Shown piece by piece: positions 62,906 to 64,000 of a stretch of DNA of 64,000 nucleotides. The notes under the pieces are model-generated. The model ran no database searches. It was not told where the DNA came from and saw only the letters and a program-made list of their open reading frames with translations. The position numbers and the translations under genes were made by a program. The stretch is from an uncultured Eubacteriales bacterium (GTDB taxonomy: Bacteria > Bacillota > Clostridia > Christensenellales > CAG-138), in contig ONNZ01000011.1 in NCBI GenBank assembly GCA_900319345.1, positions 6,411 to 70,410 on the forward strand, written 5' to 3'. Numbering within the stretch: position 1 is the stretch's first letter; the number at the start of each line of letters is the position of its first letter.

Positions 62906-64000
62906 AACGGGCATAGAGGGCCATTACGCCCTGGTGGACGGGAAGAAGCTCCGCTACGGCTACACCACCGGCACCTGCGCGGCGGCGGCGGCCAAGGGGG
63001 CGGCCCTGCTCCTGCTCACGGGCCGGGCCCCGGCGGCGGTGCAGATACACACCCCCAAGGGCATCGACCTTACCTTGCCCATGGAGGAAGCGAAGCGGGA
63101 GGGGAACGCCGCCCGCTGCGCCGTCCGCAAGTTCAGCGGCGACGACCCGGACGTGACGGACGGGGCCCTGATCGTGGCCACAGCGTCCGTTTCCGCCGCC
63201 CCCGGCGTCCACGTGGACGGGGGCGAGGGAGTGGGCCGGGTGACCAAGCCGGGCCTGAAGGTGCCCGTGGGCGAGGCGGCCATCAACCCCGGCCCCCGCT
63301 CCATGATCGAGCGGGCGGTACAGGAGGCCCTGGAGGAGACGGAGCCGGTCTTAGGCCTGGACGTGGTGATCTCGGTGCCCGAGGGGGCGGCCCTGGCCCA
63401 AAAGACCTTCAACCCCCGGCTGGGCATCCTGGGGGGCATCTCCATCTTGGGCACCAGCGGCATCGTGGAGCCCATGAGCGAGGAGGCCCTCATCGACAGC
63501 ATCCGTCTGGAGATCCGGCAGCGCAAGGCCCTGGGCGAAACACGGTTGATCCTGGCCCCGGGCAACTACGGCACGGACTTTCTGCGGGACACCCTGGGCG
63601 TCTCGGAGGACAGGATCGTCAAGATTTCCAACTACGTGGGCAGGGCTCTGGACGCGGCGGCGGAGGCGGGCTTCGCCGAAGTGCTGCTGGCGGGCCACAT
63701 CGGAAAGCTGGTGAAGCTCTCCGGCGGCATCATGAACACCCACTCCCGGGAGGGGGACGGCCGGGCGGAGCTCATGGCCGCCTGGGCCCTGAAGGCCGGG
63801 GCGGACGGGGACACGGCCCGTTCTATCCTCGCGTGCGTCACCACCGACGAGATGCTGTGCATCCTCCGGGAGAAGGGCTTGCTGGCCCCGGCCATGGAGC
63901 TCATGGCCCAGGGGATCGACCTATACGTGAACGCTCGGGTCAAGGGCCTTTTGACCGTGGGCGTGCTGGTGTTCTCCGACGGCTCCGGGCCCCTGTGCGC
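62898..64000 (+). CDS. cbiD: cobalt-precorrin-5B (C1)-methyltransferase, 3' end beyond the window
   Basis: It is absent from the ORF track because it runs off the edge. My translation reads MFETGIEGHYALVDGKKLRYGYTTGTCAAAAAKGAALLL...GGEGVGRVTKPGL...GEAAINPGPRSMIERA. It overlaps the cobD stop by 8 nt. Confidence 0.85.
   Translation, partial: MFETGIEGHYALVDGKKLRYGYTTGTCAAAAAKGAALLLLTGRAPAAVQIHTPKGIDLTLPMEEAKREGNAARCAVRKFSGDDPDVTDGALIVATASVSAAPGVHVDGGEGVGRVTKPGLKVPVGEAAINPGPRSMIERAVQEALEETEPVLGLDVVISVPEGAALAQKTFNPRLGILGGISILGTSGIVEPMSEEALIDSIRLEIRQRKALGETRLILAPGNYGTDFLRDTLGVSEDRIVKISNYVGRALDAAAEAGFAEVLLAGHIGKLVKLSGGIMNTHSREGDGRAELMAAWALKAGADGDTARSILACVTTDEMLCILREKGLLAPAMELMAQGIDLYVNARVKGLLTVGVLVFSDGSGPLC

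Overview
This 64-kb window looks like a chromosomal region of a high-GC, anaerobic, spore-forming Firmicute (Clostridia). That assignment is inferred from class III RNR genes, CotF-like and DUF3794/LysM spore-coat genes, split transketolase and codon usage; no database search was possible. Coding density is high, and I support about 60 CDSs.

**Housekeeping and accessory content**
- Housekeeping genes: trxB (partial), nrdG-nrdD with NrdR boxes, asd, tcdA, serS-argS, alr, split transketolase and a malic enzyme.
- tRNA-Asn(GTT).
- A metal-homeostasis block: two DtxR-family regulators with a shared GGTTAG-N6-CTAACC operator motif, a ZIP transporter, an HMA protein and feoA-feoA-feoB. feoB carries an apparent frameshift.
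- A cobalamin block: a B12 riboswitch, a secreted tandem CbiK-like protein, a BtuFCD-like ABC importer, then cbiB-cobD-cbiD.
- Other accessory items: a lipoprotein barnase with barstar, an MBOAT plus DHHW pair, and a lower-GC CDF/Gpx/OhrR-like islet.

**Most interesting locus (28,244-40,842, minus strand)**
- Six co-directional genes sit behind one promoter.
- Four encode an N-terminal cytoplasmic TIR or TIR-like domain, one TM helix and an extracellular leucine-rich-repeat domain of 100 to about 1,100 aa. This resembles a Toll-like receptor in reversed order.
- They are followed by an HD-phosphohydrolase/RyR-domain protein and a SLOG (LOG/DprA-like) protein fused to a multi-TM, SLATT-like module.
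- I interpret this as a candidate Thoeris-like NAD-derived signalling system that senses at the cell surface. This is a hypothesis, not a demonstrated function.

**Caveats**
- Many long ORFs in the six-frame track are antisense shadow ORFs typical of high-GC DNA and were rejected.
- All family calls rest on motif recognition by eye.
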